Assembly (NCBI GenBank): GCA_963793425.1
Contig: CAWCAG010000009.1
Location: forward strand, 640,001 to 704,000
Source: an uncultured cyanobacterium
GTDB lineage: Bacteria > Cyanobacteriota > Cyanobacteriia > Cyanobacteriales > CAWCAG01
DNA length: 64,000 nt
Direction: 5' to 3'
The notes beneath the pieces were generated by a model. That model ran no database searches, was not told the DNA's origin, and worked only from the letters and a program-made list of their open reading frames with translations. Shown one piece after another: positions 39,862-49,868 of this stretch. Every line of letters begins with the position of its first letter. Position 1 is the first letter of the stretch. Position numbers and translations under genes: made by a program.

Positions 39862-39916
39862 GGCGCACTTCCTTGCCGTAGGCTACAGGAAACAGGGAGC
39901 AGGGAGCAGGGAACAG
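39862..39916. repeat. 24-nt SDR-like unit (GCCGTAGGC core) abutting CAGGGA(G/A) heptamer repeats
   Basis: GGCGCACTTCCTTGCCGTAGGCTA followed by CAGGAAA CAGGGAG CAGGGAG CAGGGAA. Confidence 0.55.
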
Positions 39917-39975
39917 TGGTAAGAATTGATAATTTCAGTATGATAATTGATTTGTTTTTTGATTCTCGGAAATGT

Positions 39976-40371
39976 CTATAGTTGTTCTAATCCTGATTTA
40001 ATACATTTAATTAATTCTGCTTCGCTCCAAGGTTTGTTTAAGTAAGCATGAATATGACCTTCTGTTTTAGCTCGTTCAATGGCTTCGGCATCAGCTTGTC
40101 CTGTTAAGAGTATTTTGACTACTTGAGGGAATTTATTTTGTACTGCCACCAAAAACTCATCTCCTTTCATTCCTGGCATCAACCAATCAGAAACTATGAC
40201 AATAATTTGGCTTCCTTCTACTTGCAATTCTTCAATAATTTCTAGGGCTTCTTCTGCGCTTTCCGAGGTTTCATAAACATAGCGATCGCTAAATGCTGCT
40301 TGCAGTTGTCGCAGGAGGCTATTTAAGATAATTACTTCATCGTCGATACATAAAATAGCTAGTTCAGACAT
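39976..40371 (-). CDS. Single-domain response regulator
   Basis: CIDDE, SDWLMP, LTGQ, KPW. Confidence 0.93.
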   Translation of the reverse strand: MSELAILCIDDEVIILNSLLRQLQAAFSDRYVYETSESAEEALEIIEELQVEGSQIIVIVSDWLMPGMKGDEFLVAVQNKFPQVVKILLTGQADAEAIERAKTEGHIHAYLNKPWSEAELIKCIKSGLEQL

Positions 40372-40385
40372 GAGTTATTTACAGG

Positions 40386-43300
40386 TTAAATTGGTAGGGA
40401 AACGGTGAAACTGGTTTCTCCTGGTTTAGAAGTGAATTTGATTTCTCCTTGATGCTTTTTAATAATCTTTTTAACAATATCTAAGCCCAAACCACTTCCT
40501 TCTCCTGGAGGCTTTGTCGTAAAGAAAGGTTGAAAAATTTTGCTTTGTATTTCTGTAGGTATACCTCCACCACAATCTGTAATGCTTACCTTAATTTGTC
40601 TCTCCTCCTGCCAAGTATTTATTGTCAAAGTGCCTCGATTATTCATTGCTTGGAGAGCATTATGAATTAAATTTGTCCAAACTTGATTGAGTTCATCAAA
40701 ATAGCATTTAATGGAGGGTAAATCTTGATAATTACGAACCAGCTTTACCCCTTGTTTTAACTGGCTTTGATAAAGGGTTAAAATCGCTTCAATACCATCA
40801 AGAATATTAATTTCTCTCCTTTCTCCAGTTTGGTCATAACGGGCATAGGTTTTTAAGGCGAAGACGACTTTTGCTGCCCGATCAGAGGCTAAATGAATAT
40901 CTCTAGTACTTTGTTGCAAGCGGGTAAACTGTCGAACAATCTTCAAAAAACTTTCGCTGTCTGGTTGTTGTAAAATAGGAAAGAAATGTTCTATATCTGT
41001 ATAAATTCCTAAGTCAATAAACAAGTTGGCTAAATTAGTCGCTTTAGCAACTTTTTGGGTTTCTAAAACGCTAGTTAAAGCCTTTCTTAACTTCCTTCTT
41101 TCTCTACCGGAAACTATTAAAGTATTTTCTTGAGAACGTTGCAACAGAACGAGAAAAGCTTCCTGTTGTTGCTCAGAAAGATTTTGAAAAAATCCTGGAA
41201 GTTGGGCTAGTTGTTCTGCCATGAAATCGCCAATATATTGCACTGAAGAACGAATTGCCCCCAGAGGAGTATTAATTTCGTGGGCAACTCCCGCCACAAG
41301 CTGCCCCAAGGCTGCCATTTTCTCAGCTTGGATTAATTCATCCTGAGTACTTTCCAATTCCCTTAAAGTGGTGGAAAGTTCTGCGGTGCGTTCAGTAACT
41401 TTCTGTTCTAAGTTATTATAAAGTCGGGCATTATCAATAGCGATCGCAGCTTCACCAGAGAGAAGTTGCAATACCTGCAATCTTTCCGGGGTAAAAGCGC
41501 CTGTGGTAAGATTATTTTCTAGGTAAAGGATGCCGCTAAGTTGACCTTGGTTAATTAAAGGAGTGCAAAGGATTGATTTAGGTTGCTGCTTTTTGATATA
41601 AGGGTCGTTGCTAAATTGTGTTTGTCCTGTAGCATTTTCTAAAACCACATCTTTGCGAGTTCGCCAAACATAGTTGACGATGTTCCGGGCTAGATTGGGG
41701 TTATGTTTTAAGGAAATGGATTCAAGTACACTAACTTGTGCTTCTTCAATTCCCTTTGCAGCTTCAATGAATAATTTTCCCTTGGTTTCCAAGATTAAAT
41801 AACCAATTTGCGCCCCAGCATTAGCAATGAGAATTGCCATTAATTTTTCTAGCAACCTCGGCAAGACAATTTCTCCAGAAATAGCTTGGGAAGCCTTAAG
41901 TACAGACCCTAAATCCAATTGAGTGGTGAGTGTTTGGCTAGTGGTTGTGATGGTAGTGTTGCTGAGTTGAGTAGGGGCAGAAGGTTTGGTTTGAAGTTGA
42001 GGATATTGTTTTTGCAAAGCTTTGACTTTGGCTGTTGCCCCCCAATTAAGATAGCAATGGTAAGCTTCTTTGAGATAAAAGAGTGCTAGTTGGGGTTTGC
42101 CCCAATTAAAGTAGAATTTAGCTGCTAATTCGTTAGCTAAGGCTTCTTCATTAAGATAATTATTTTCTTGGGCTTGGGCAATGGCAAGATCATAACTATC
42201 GATGGCAGCAGCCTTGTTTCCCTCAACCTGATACCTTTCGGCTTCTACTAAAGTTAATTTAGGCAAAAAGTTACTGGGGCAGCGATTAGCCCATTGCTGC
42301 ATCTTCTCCTGATTCACTTTAACTTGCAACAACAGCTCTTCTGATTGCGATTGTGCCAACTGAATTAAACTATCGTAGAAGTAAAACAAAGGAATGCTGA
42401 GGGTTGCTGTCACTCCATCTAAATACTGCCTTGCTTTAGCAATATTTTCTGCTGCTTGGAGATACTCTGCAAAAAGATAATGCAGGAAAGCTTTGTTGAA
42501 ATATAAATAATAAAGGGCGGTTTTATCATTGGCTTGTTGATGCAAAGGTAACATTTTAACTTCATCATAAGCCTCTCCCTGTAACAAATAAGGCTGTTGA
42601 GATTCCCCCTGTAAATTTAAAACCACCTGGTGACAAACCTGATGATAATTCAAAGCTGTTTCTTGCTTAAGTTGCGCGATCGCTTCACTATATTGAGCCA
42701 TACCCGTTGCTAATGCCCCTAATTCTTCACCTAAAAAGAATTTATGTAACCAGTACACAGCCGCGCAATAAGCACCATATTCAACATCTCCCGTTTCCCA
42801 AGCACTTTTATAGGCTTCCTGTAAAGGCTGCAAGGTATCAATAACTGGTTCTTGCCAATGACAAAGAAAGCTGTAAACTATTTGCATAGTTCTTGTCTTC
42901 ACTTTTGTCCCCTTATCCCGCTCCAATAATCCTAAAGCAAGTTGACCAAATTGATACCCAGACTCAAAATCCTCCTTAATACCACACAAAATTAATCCGT
43001 AGGTAGCATAGGCAAAAGCTGACACTGTGGCATTACCATATTGTATAGACAAGCTAACCTGGCGACAAACAATTAAGGGAAACATAGCAGGGACTGCTTG
43101 AAATGCCGCAGAAAAAACATTGCTGAGAATTTGCATGGCTGCTAGCTTTTGAGCATCTTTCATCCCAGGCAAATGTAGTAATTCCAGAGGTTGCTTACCT
43201 TTTAAATCTAATTCCACTTCTGCAAAAGCTTGTTGCAAATCAGCTTTGCCAGGTTGCTGAGGAAACTCAACCCCCAACTGCTTGAGAAAAATCAGGGCTG

Positions 43301-45854
43301 TCTGCCATGCTTCTAGCTGTTTATTACGGGACATAGCAGCTTGTAGCTGAACTTGCTGCACTTTCACCTTGTCTGCTAAAGTTTTTCCCTGTTGCTGGAC
43401 AATTTGGCACAAAGTAGCTTGCTGTTGCCAATCTCCCTTTAAACTAGCGGCTTCAGCTCCAAGGGAATGTAGGTCTAAGGTCAAATCATAATGACTTTGC
43501 CAACTTTGCGCTGTCAAAAGTGCTAACCCATGGTGGAAATACTCAAAAGCAGCCTCATATGCTGTTGCAGCTTCTGCTTTTTTTCCGGCTAGTAAATTCA
43601 GCTGAGCAATCTCATCTCGTTCCTTTGTTTCACTCACTAAGGTAATGCCAATATTGAGGTGATCAACAATCTCAAACAACCTTTCTCTATTAGTATTTTG
43701 CCACAACTGCCGACCAATTTTTAAATGGACAGCTTGTTTCTCCCCTTCCTTGATCAAAGCATAGGCTGCTTGTTGAATGCGATCATGGGCGAATTTATAA
43801 TCTGATTGCCCTAGAGGATAAATCAAGTTTGCTTGAACAGCAACCGTTAAGTCTTCTCTAACTTGTAATACTGAATGATCACAGATCAAAACCAAAGTGT
43901 TCAAGTCAAAATTCGCCCCCACACAAGCTGCCAAACATAGGACTTGTTGGCTTGATTGCCTTAACTTATGGATCTTAGCGATGGTTAACTCAACCACATT
44001 GTCAGTGATGTTTCTCTCTTCAATTTCAGCCAAATTCCATTGCCAACCTCCCTCAACAGTTTCACTATCATTGAGGGCAGATCGAGTATTGCAAAAGGTA
44101 ATTAATTCTTCTTCGTAAAGGGCTTTGAGAAACTCCCTCACAAAAAAAGGATTGCCTGCTGTTTTACCCAGTACCAACTCTGCTAGGGGTTGCACAGTAG
44201 CTAAATTATGGTGTAGGGTAGCAGCAATTAATTGTTGAATCTGCTCTAAAGTTAAAGGGGTTAAGGTAATTTGTTTAACTATGCTCCCTTCCTTGCCAAC
44301 TGCTTCTAGAGTTAGCATTAAAGGATGGGTAGGAGTAACTTCATTATCGCGATAAGCACCGATTAAAAGTAACCCTTCTTGTACCTCAGCCATCATAATT
44401 TGGATTAGCTTCAAACTTGCTGCATCTGCCCATTGCAAATCATCAAGGAAGATAATCAAGGGCTGTTGCCAACAACAAAAGGCTTTGATAAATTTACTAA
44501 AAACAAAATTGAAGCGATTTTGAGACTCTGTAGCCCCTAACTTAGTGATAGAAGGCTGAGAACCAATAATTAGTTCAACTTCCGGTATCACCTCAGTAAT
44601 AACCCTTCCCAAAGTACCTAAAGCTTGCAAAAGCTTAGTTCGCCATTGCTGAAGCTGTTCTTCACTTTCACTTAAAAGTTGCTCAACCAATACCTTCAAA
44701 GCCTTGACTACGGCGGAATAAGGGACGTTGCGTTGAAATTGGTCAAACTTACCAGAGATGAAGTAATGTTGCTTAAAAGCAATGGAGTTACGAAACTGAT
44801 TAATTAAGGAAGACTTACCGATGCCAGAGTATCCGGCAATGAGGAGAAGTTCGATTCCTCCTCTACCTGTCTTACTAAGGGAGGAGGTGGTTACGCGAAC
44901 AAACGCTGCTGATAACTGGGCAATTTCTGCTTCTCTACCATAAAGTTTATCTGGGAGCATGAAGCGTAGGCAAAGCCAGCCGTAGGCATCGCTAATATCC
45001 TTCTCACCTAATGTAAAAGCCTCAACTTCCCCTGTTTCCTGCCATTGCTGCCAACACTTTTGCAGATCATACTTCAACCCCAAAGCACTTTGATAGCGAT
45101 CCTCCGGATTCTTCGCCATCAACTTGATGACAATCTCAGACAACATCTGAGGAATCTCTCCCTCACTCCCAAAAGGCTTTGCCCTTTTTGCCAAATGACA
45201 ATGTATCAACTCCATAGCATCTTGGCTTGCAAAAGGTAACTTACCTGTTAGCAGTTCGTAAAATGTTACTCCCACTGAATAGAAATCAGTACGGTAATCT
45301 AAAACCGAATTTGTTCTACCGGTTTGTTCTGGAGATACATAAGCTAAAGTCCCCTCAAGCACATCGGGATCGCGGGAAAGAGGATTTTCTCGGCTAAAAG
45401 TTGTCGAAATGCCAAAGTCAATAATCTTAACCTGCCCCGTTTCCGAGTTGAGGAGGATATTACTTGGATTAATGTCCTTATGAATAATCTTATGATGATG
45501 AATTTCCCCTAAAATCTGCGTTATTTCTATGGCAAGGGGCAGGAATTTTGCTAAAGGTAAAGGAGATTCTCTCAGTTGCTTCAGAGATTGCCCACCAAAA
45601 TCTTCTAAAACCGTCCCTAAAATTCCCCGTTGAGATTCTTGGCTATAGGCGGCAATGACACCAGGAATTTGCAGCTTACGAGTAATTTCGTATTCCTTCT
45701 GGTAGCGACTCAATTCCTGGGGGCTAGGATATTCCTTTTTAAGAACTTTAAGGATCACGCAAAGACCGTCTTTTTCGCGAATACCGCGAAAAACAAGGGA
45801 ATTGGTACTTTCATAGAGTTGTTCAGTTAAGCAATAACCAGCAAGATTTAACAT
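40386..45854 (-). CDS. Ser/Thr kinase-AAA ATPase-GAF-histidine kinase (HstK-type trifunctional sensor)
   Basis: HKDINPSN, DFG, SPEQTGR; GYSGIGKS, DDLQWAD; GAF (YLENN); AHEINTPL and G boxes. Confidence 0.95.
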   Translation of the reverse strand: MLNLAGYCLTEQLYESTNSLVFRGIREKDGLCVILKVLKKEYPSPQELSRYQKEYEITRKLQIPGVIAAYSQESQRGILGTVLEDFGGQSLKQLRESPLPLAKFLPLAIEITQILGEIHHHKIIHKDINPSNILLNSETGQVKIIDFGISTTFSRENPLSRDPDVLEGTLAYVSPEQTGRTNSVLDYRTDFYSVGVTFYELLTGKLPFASQDAMELIHCHLAKRAKPFGSEGEIPQMLSEIVIKLMAKNPEDRYQSALGLKYDLQKCWQQWQETGEVEAFTLGEKDISDAYGWLCLRFMLPDKLYGREAEIAQLSAAFVRVTTSSLSKTGRGGIELLLIAGYSGIGKSSLINQFRNSIAFKQHYFISGKFDQFQRNVPYSAVVKALKVLVEQLLSESEEQLQQWRTKLLQALGTLGRVITEVIPEVELIIGSQPSITKLGATESQNRFNFVFSKFIKAFCCWQQPLIIFLDDLQWADAASLKLIQIMMAEVQEGLLLIGAYRDNEVTPTHPLMLTLEAVGKEGSIVKQITLTPLTLEQIQQLIAATLHHNLATVQPLAELVLGKTAGNPFFVREFLKALYEEELITFCNTRSALNDSETVEGGWQWNLAEIEERNITDNVVELTIAKIHKLRQSSQQVLCLAACVGANFDLNTLVLICDHSVLQVREDLTVAVQANLIYPLGQSDYKFAHDRIQQAAYALIKEGEKQAVHLKIGRQLWQNTNRERLFEIVDHLNIGITLVSETKERDEIAQLNLLAGKKAEAATAYEAAFEYFHHGLALLTAQSWQSHYDLTLDLHSLGAEAASLKGDWQQQATLCQIVQQQGKTLADKVKVQQVQLQAAMSRNKQLEAWQTALIFLKQLGVEFPQQPGKADLQQAFAEVELDLKGKQPLELLHLPGMKDAQKLAAMQILSNVFSAAFQAVPAMFPLIVCRQVSLSIQYGNATVSAFAYATYGLILCGIKEDFESGYQFGQLALGLLERDKGTKVKTRTMQIVYSFLCHWQEPVIDTLQPLQEAYKSAWETGDVEYGAYCAAVYWLHKFFLGEELGALATGMAQYSEAIAQLKQETALNYHQVCHQVVLNLQGESQQPYLLQGEAYDEVKMLPLHQQANDKTALYYLYFNKAFLHYLFAEYLQAAENIAKARQYLDGVTATLSIPLFYFYDSLIQLAQSQSEELLLQVKVNQEKMQQWANRCPSNFLPKLTLVEAERYQVEGNKAAAIDSYDLAIAQAQENNYLNEEALANELAAKFYFNWGKPQLALFYLKEAYHCYLNWGATAKVKALQKQYPQLQTKPSAPTQLSNTTITTTSQTLTTQLDLGSVLKASQAISGEIVLPRLLEKLMAILIANAGAQIGYLILETKGKLFIEAAKGIEEAQVSVLESISLKHNPNLARNIVNYVWRTRKDVVLENATGQTQFSNDPYIKKQQPKSILCTPLINQGQLSGILYLENNLTTGAFTPERLQVLQLLSGEAAIAIDNARLYNNLEQKVTERTAELSTTLRELESTQDELIQAEKMAALGQLVAGVAHEINTPLGAIRSSVQYIGDFMAEQLAQLPGFFQNLSEQQQEAFLVLLQRSQENTLIVSGRERRKLRKALTSVLETQKVAKATNLANLFIDLGIYTDIEHFFPILQQPDSESFLKIVRQFTRLQQSTRDIHLASDRAAKVVFALKTYARYDQTGERREINILDGIEAILTLYQSQLKQGVKLVRNYQDLPSIKCYFDELNQVWTNLIHNALQAMNNRGTLTINTWQEERQIKVSITDCGGGIPTEIQSKIFQPFFTTKPPGEGSGLGLDIVKKIIKKHQGEIKFTSKPGETSFTVSLPI
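44967..44987. mobile_element. 21-nt SDR5-like element inserted into a HIP1 octamer inside the kinase gene
   Basis: GCG[TAGGCAAAGCCAGCCGTAGGC]ATCGC; removal restores GCGATCGC and the family motif DISDRF..P.KLYGRE. Confidence 0.85.
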
Positions 45855-46177
45855 GATTTTTTGTTGGTTTAGCCATTTTCTTGAGAGAACTAGAAACGCA
45901 ACCCTGAAAAAATTCGCTTCTTTGCTAGTTTTTACTAAGCATAATCGATTGAAACTTATTTTTGTGATTTTATGTTAATTTTTCTGTAAATATTTTTACT
46001 TGATTACCTGTCACACCTTTAATATTGCTTAATTCTTATTCCTGTGTTGCTGATGGCAACCATAAAGACAAATACTGTAAAAAAACACAACACATTTTCT
46101 TTTGCTAAGCTCTCAATATGAGACAATTATATGCTTGCTAATTTAATTTTTAAGTTGCAACTGAAGAGTCAAATATA

Positions 46178-47353
46178 ATGCTAAATCCCAACTTAGAAGA
46201 AATCGAACTCAGTAAAGATGAATACGAACGCTATTCTCGCCACATTATTCTGCCAGAAGTTGGCTTAGAAGGGCAAAAACGTCTCAAAGCGGCTAGTGTC
46301 CTTTGTATTGGTACGGGAGGATTGGGTTCACCCTTGCTACTATATTTAGCTGCTGCTGGTATTGGTAACATCGGTATTGTGGACTTTGATGTTGTTGACA
46401 GTTCCAACTTACAAAGACAAGTTATTCACGGTACATCCTGGGTGGGTAAACCAAAAATCGAGTCTGCGAAGAGTCGTATTTTGGAAATCAACCCCTACTG
46501 CCAGGTAGATTTATACAATACTCTGCTTAGTTCTGCTAATGCTTTAGATATTGTGGCTAAATATGATGTTGTGGTAGATGGAACTGACAACTTCCCCACC
46601 CGTTATTTAGTTAATGATGCTTGTGTATTGTTAGATAAACCCAATGTTTACGGTTCCATTTTCCGTTTTGAAGGACAAGCTAGCGTCTTCAACTATCAAG
46701 ATGGCCCCAACTACCGGGATTTATTTCCTGAACCCCCACCACCGGGAATGGTTCCTTCCTGTGCTGAAGGTGGTGTTTTAGGGGTATTATGTGGCATCAT
46801 CGGCTCTATCCAAGCCACAGAAACAATTAAAATTATTTTAGGTGCAGGCAATACCCTTAGCGGCAGATTATTATTATACAATGCCCTAGAGATGAAGTTT
46901 AGAGAACTCAAACTACGTCCTAACCCAGAACGTCCGGTAATTGAAAAATTAATTGATTACCAAGAGTTCTGCGGTATTCCCCAAGCCAAAGCCGAAGAAG
47001 AGAAACAAAAAACAGCTATGGATGAAATGACAGTACAGGAGTTGAAAGAACTTCTTGATAGTGGCAAAGATGATTACCTACTCATTGATGTACGCAACCC
47101 CAACGAGTACGAAATTGCCCAAATTCCTGGGGCAGTGTTGATTCCTCTGCCGGAAATTGAAGAAGGGCCAGGTATTGAAAAAGTACAAGGAATGCTTAAT
47201 GGGCATCGTCTCATTGCCCATTGTAAAATGGGAGGACGTTCTGCTAGGGCATTAGCTATTCTTAACCAAACTGTGGGTTTAGAAGGAACTAATGTTGTGG
47301 GAGGCATTAGGGCTTGGAGTCAGGAAATTGACCCTTCTGTTCCAGAATACTAA
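46178..47353 (+). CDS. moeB: Molybdopterin-synthase adenylyltransferase with C-terminal rhodanese domain
   Basis: RYSRH, GTGGLGS, SNLQRQ, DGTDNF, SCAEGGVLG, HCKMGGRS. Confidence 0.96.
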   Translation: MLNPNLEEIELSKDEYERYSRHIILPEVGLEGQKRLKAASVLCIGTGGLGSPLLLYLAAAGIGNIGIVDFDVVDSSNLQRQVIHGTSWVGKPKIESAKSRILEINPYCQVDLYNTLLSSANALDIVAKYDVVVDGTDNFPTRYLVNDACVLLDKPNVYGSIFRFEGQASVFNYQDGPNYRDLFPEPPPPGMVPSCAEGGVLGVLCGIIGSIQATETIKIILGAGNTLSGRLLLYNALEMKFRELKLRPNPERPVIEKLIDYQEFCGIPQAKAEEEKQKTAMDEMTVQELKELLDSGKDDYLLIDVRNPNEYEIAQIPGAVLIPLPEIEEGPGIEKVQGMLNGHRLIAHCKMGGRSARALAILNQTVGLEGTNVVGGIRAWSQEIDPSVPEY

Positions 47354-47417
47354 GGTATTTGCTAATGGCTAATGGTTAATAGGTTAAATAATCAATCAGT
47401 TTGATGATCTTGTATCA

Positions 47418-47474
47418 GGGCGGGTTTACTGATAGGTTTGATGATCCCATAGATTTACCCAAACCCGCCCCTAC
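47418..47474. repeat. REP-like inverted repeat GGGCGGGTTT...AAACCCGCCC-CTAC
   Basis: 10-bp perfect arms; terminal CTAC (GTAG on the minus strand); second copy near 56746. Confidence 0.7.
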
Positions 47475-47516
47475 ATCCCGCACCTATATTCCTAATTCCC
47501 TACCTTCCTACAACAG

Positions 47517-48050
47517 ATGACTAACATTCGTTTTAAATTCCCTATTTTTCTCAGGCGTACCGTTAGTTTCACCGCAGCTACTTCCTTACCAATATTAGGA
47601 GTGGCAGCACTTTCTGCCCCTGGTTATAGCCTGGAAGCAGATAGTTGGAATCCTTTTCAAGTTTGTGCTATAGAATTAATCAATAGTAATATCTCTCATG
47701 AACAAGCTGCGGCGGCTTGTGGTTCAGCCATAGAACCCAAGGATCTCTCCTTTTGTACCATGAAAATTCATTCCCTAACTCCGGTGGATAGCAATATTGC
47801 CCTTGCTGCTTGCATTCGGGTGAGAAGACCTTTAGAATTGGCTAGCTGTGTTGTGGATATTAACGAAGACACAGATAACCCCATACCTTTGGCTGTGGTA
47901 GATTATTGTCGCCGTAGTTTGTTACCGATCCGTTATGCAGAATGTGTAATTGGCTTAGATCGCGAAATTAACTTTTCTACTAGTCAAGCCTTAGCAACTT
48001 GTATCAATGCCGAAGATTTTCCTCGCGTTTTATATCGTATTGGCAAGTGA
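47517..48050 (+). CDS. Conserved cyanobacterial Cys-rich exported hypothetical protein
   Basis: Signal peptide; repeated AC...P..L..CV units (CRRSLLP). Confidence 0.75.
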   Translation: MTNIRFKFPIFLRRTVSFTAATSLPILGVAALSAPGYSLEADSWNPFQVCAIELINSNISHEQAAAACGSAIEPKDLSFCTMKIHSLTPVDSNIALAACIRVRRPLELASCVVDINEDTDNPIPLAVVDYCRRSLLPIRYAECVIGLDREINFSTSQALATCINAEDFPRVLYRIGK

Positions 48051-48058
48051 TATTCATC

Positions 48059-49108
48059 ATGAAGTTTAGTGAAATTCTCAAGCACATAACTACTTCTCGT
48101 GACAATAATAGCCTGAGTCAACACCAAGAACTAGACCCAGAAATTAACGCTGTTGCGGCGGTGGATGAGGCACAAAGGGGAACCCTTAGTTATATAGAAG
48201 GGAAGGGATTTTCTAAGTTTCTGGAAAAAACTGCTGCAAGCGCTTTGATTTTACCCTTGGATGTTGAACTGCAACAACAAGCTAATGAAAAAGGTATTGC
48301 TTGGGTAGCTACACCCCAACCCCGACTAGCATTTGCTAAGGCGATCGCACTTTTTTATCAACCTTGGCAACCTACTCCTGGTATACACCCTTCGGCGGTT
48401 ATTGATCCTGGTGCAACCATTGGCAAAGAAGTTTATATTGCCCCTAATGTCGTAATTTCAGCCGGGGTGATCATCGGCGCTCACGTCTCCATATATGCCA
48501 ACGTAGTTATCTATCCTCAAGTAGAAATTGGTGCTGGCACAACCCTACACGCCAATTGTACCATTCACGAACGCAGCAAAATTGGTGCTAATTGTTTTAT
48601 AAATAGTGGGGCGGTAATTGGGGCGGAGGGTTTCGGTTTTGTTCACACTCCAGAAGGGCTTTATAAAATGCCCCAGTCTGGTTATGTTGTCTTAGAAGAC
48701 GATGTAGAAGTTGCTTGTAACACTGCCATAGATCGTCCCGCTCTAGGGGAAACTCGCATTGGCAAAAATACCAAAATTGATAACCTTGTACAAATAGCCC
48801 ACGGTTGCCAAATAGGTTCAAACTGTGCCATCTCAGGGCAATCAGGTATGTCTGGAGGAGTCGAACTTGGTAATAGAGTCATCCTCGCCGGACAAGTTGG
48901 GATTTCCAACAAAGCAAAATTAGGTGATGGTGCGATCGCCACTGCTAAAGCAGGCATCCATAAAAATGTGGAATCAGGGCAAATCATCTCAGGGACTCCT
49001 GCCATTCCTCACCAAGTATTCCTGAAAGCAGCAGCTATTTATCAGCGTTTACCAGAGATGTATAAAACCTTAAAACATCTCAAAAAGTACTTGAATGAAG
49101 ATTCTTAA
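48059..49108 (+). CDS. lpxD: UDP-3-O-(3-hydroxyacyl)glucosamine N-acyltransferase
   Basis: GIHPSAVI, IGAEGFGF, IDR, TKIDNLVQIAHG; ATG at 48059. Confidence 0.96.
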   Translation: MKFSEILKHITTSRDNNSLSQHQELDPEINAVAAVDEAQRGTLSYIEGKGFSKFLEKTAASALILPLDVELQQQANEKGIAWVATPQPRLAFAKAIALFYQPWQPTPGIHPSAVIDPGATIGKEVYIAPNVVISAGVIIGAHVSIYANVVIYPQVEIGAGTTLHANCTIHERSKIGANCFINSGAVIGAEGFGFVHTPEGLYKMPQSGYVVLEDDVEVACNTAIDRPALGETRIGKNTKIDNLVQIAHGCQIGSNCAISGQSGMSGGVELGNRVILAGQVGISNKAKLGDGAIATAKAGIHKNVESGQIISGTPAIPHQVFLKAAAIYQRLPEMYKTLKHLKKYLNEDS

Positions 49109-49119
49109 CTTATTACCTA

Positions 49120-49674
49120 ATGCTTAATTCTCTGTTAGGATTGGATGCTTCCCAACTCAACCTTTGGCAAATGGCACTCCGGGCAGCCATAGTTTATATT
49201 TTGGCCCTAATTATCTTACGTTTAGGGGATGAACGTCGCTTCAGTGGTAAATATGCAGCTTTTGATGTGATTTTGGGTATTATTTTAGGAGCAACTCTAA
49301 GTAATGCAATTACAGGAACAGCCCCGTTTTTTCCTACCTTAACAGCAGGCATAGTTTTGGTTATTGTACATTGGCTGGTTGCTGAACTTGGTTTTCGTTT
49401 TGAAGCTTTTGATCGCTTCATTAAAGGTACTCCTCACATCGTAATCAAAGATGGCGAAACTAAACGTAAAGCGATGGCAACCACTCGCCTTAGTAAACAA
49501 GATTTAGAAGCAATTGTTAGAACTGAAGGTAAATTAAGTGATCTTAGCCAAGTTTATCTAGCCTGTGTTGAAAAAAGTGGTGATGTCAGCGTAATTCCCG
49601 AAAAAACGCCCCCTCAAATTATTGAAGTTACTGTAGAATCAGGAGTTCAGACTATTAAAATTCAGCTTGATTAA
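49120..49674 (+). CDS. DUF421/YetF membrane protein
   Basis: AFDVILGIILG, IKGTP..VIKDG, VEKSGDVSVI. Confidence 0.85.
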   Translation: MLNSLLGLDASQLNLWQMALRAAIVYILALIILRLGDERRFSGKYAAFDVILGIILGATLSNAITGTAPFFPTLTAGIVLVIVHWLVAELGFRFEAFDRFIKGTPHIVIKDGETKRKAMATTRLSKQDLEAIVRTEGKLSDLSQVYLACVEKSGDVSVIPEKTPPQIIEVTVESGVQTIKIQLD

Positions 49675-49743
49675 ATTAAAATAAACTTTTTGTTAAATGT
49701 TCCATACAAAACATTTATTTTCTCAAAAGATGCCATAGAATAA

Positions 49744-49785
49744 AAGCCTAATGGAGTAGAAATGGCCACTCTACTGCTTAGGCTT
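49744..49785 (+). terminator. Imperfect hairpin downstream of the DUF421 gene
   Basis: AAGCCTAA...AGTAGA...TCTACT..TTAGGCTT arms. Confidence 0.4.
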
Positions 49786-49868
49786 AGGCAATCAACTCTT
49801 AATATTTCTCCCTCACACCACTACCTTAATGTGCTTAATTTTTCATAAGGGGAAAGGAGATCGCAAAA

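Noticed and set aside
47999..48058. N-terminal extension of lpxD
   Set aside because: Overlaps the upstream gene; ATG 48059 gives the normal MKFSE start
49808..49826. CTCCCTCACACCAC resembles the Yfr1 sRNA motif ACTCCTCACAC
   Set aside because: Motif is not exact, no flanking terminator hairpin follows, and the usual guaB-trxA context is absent
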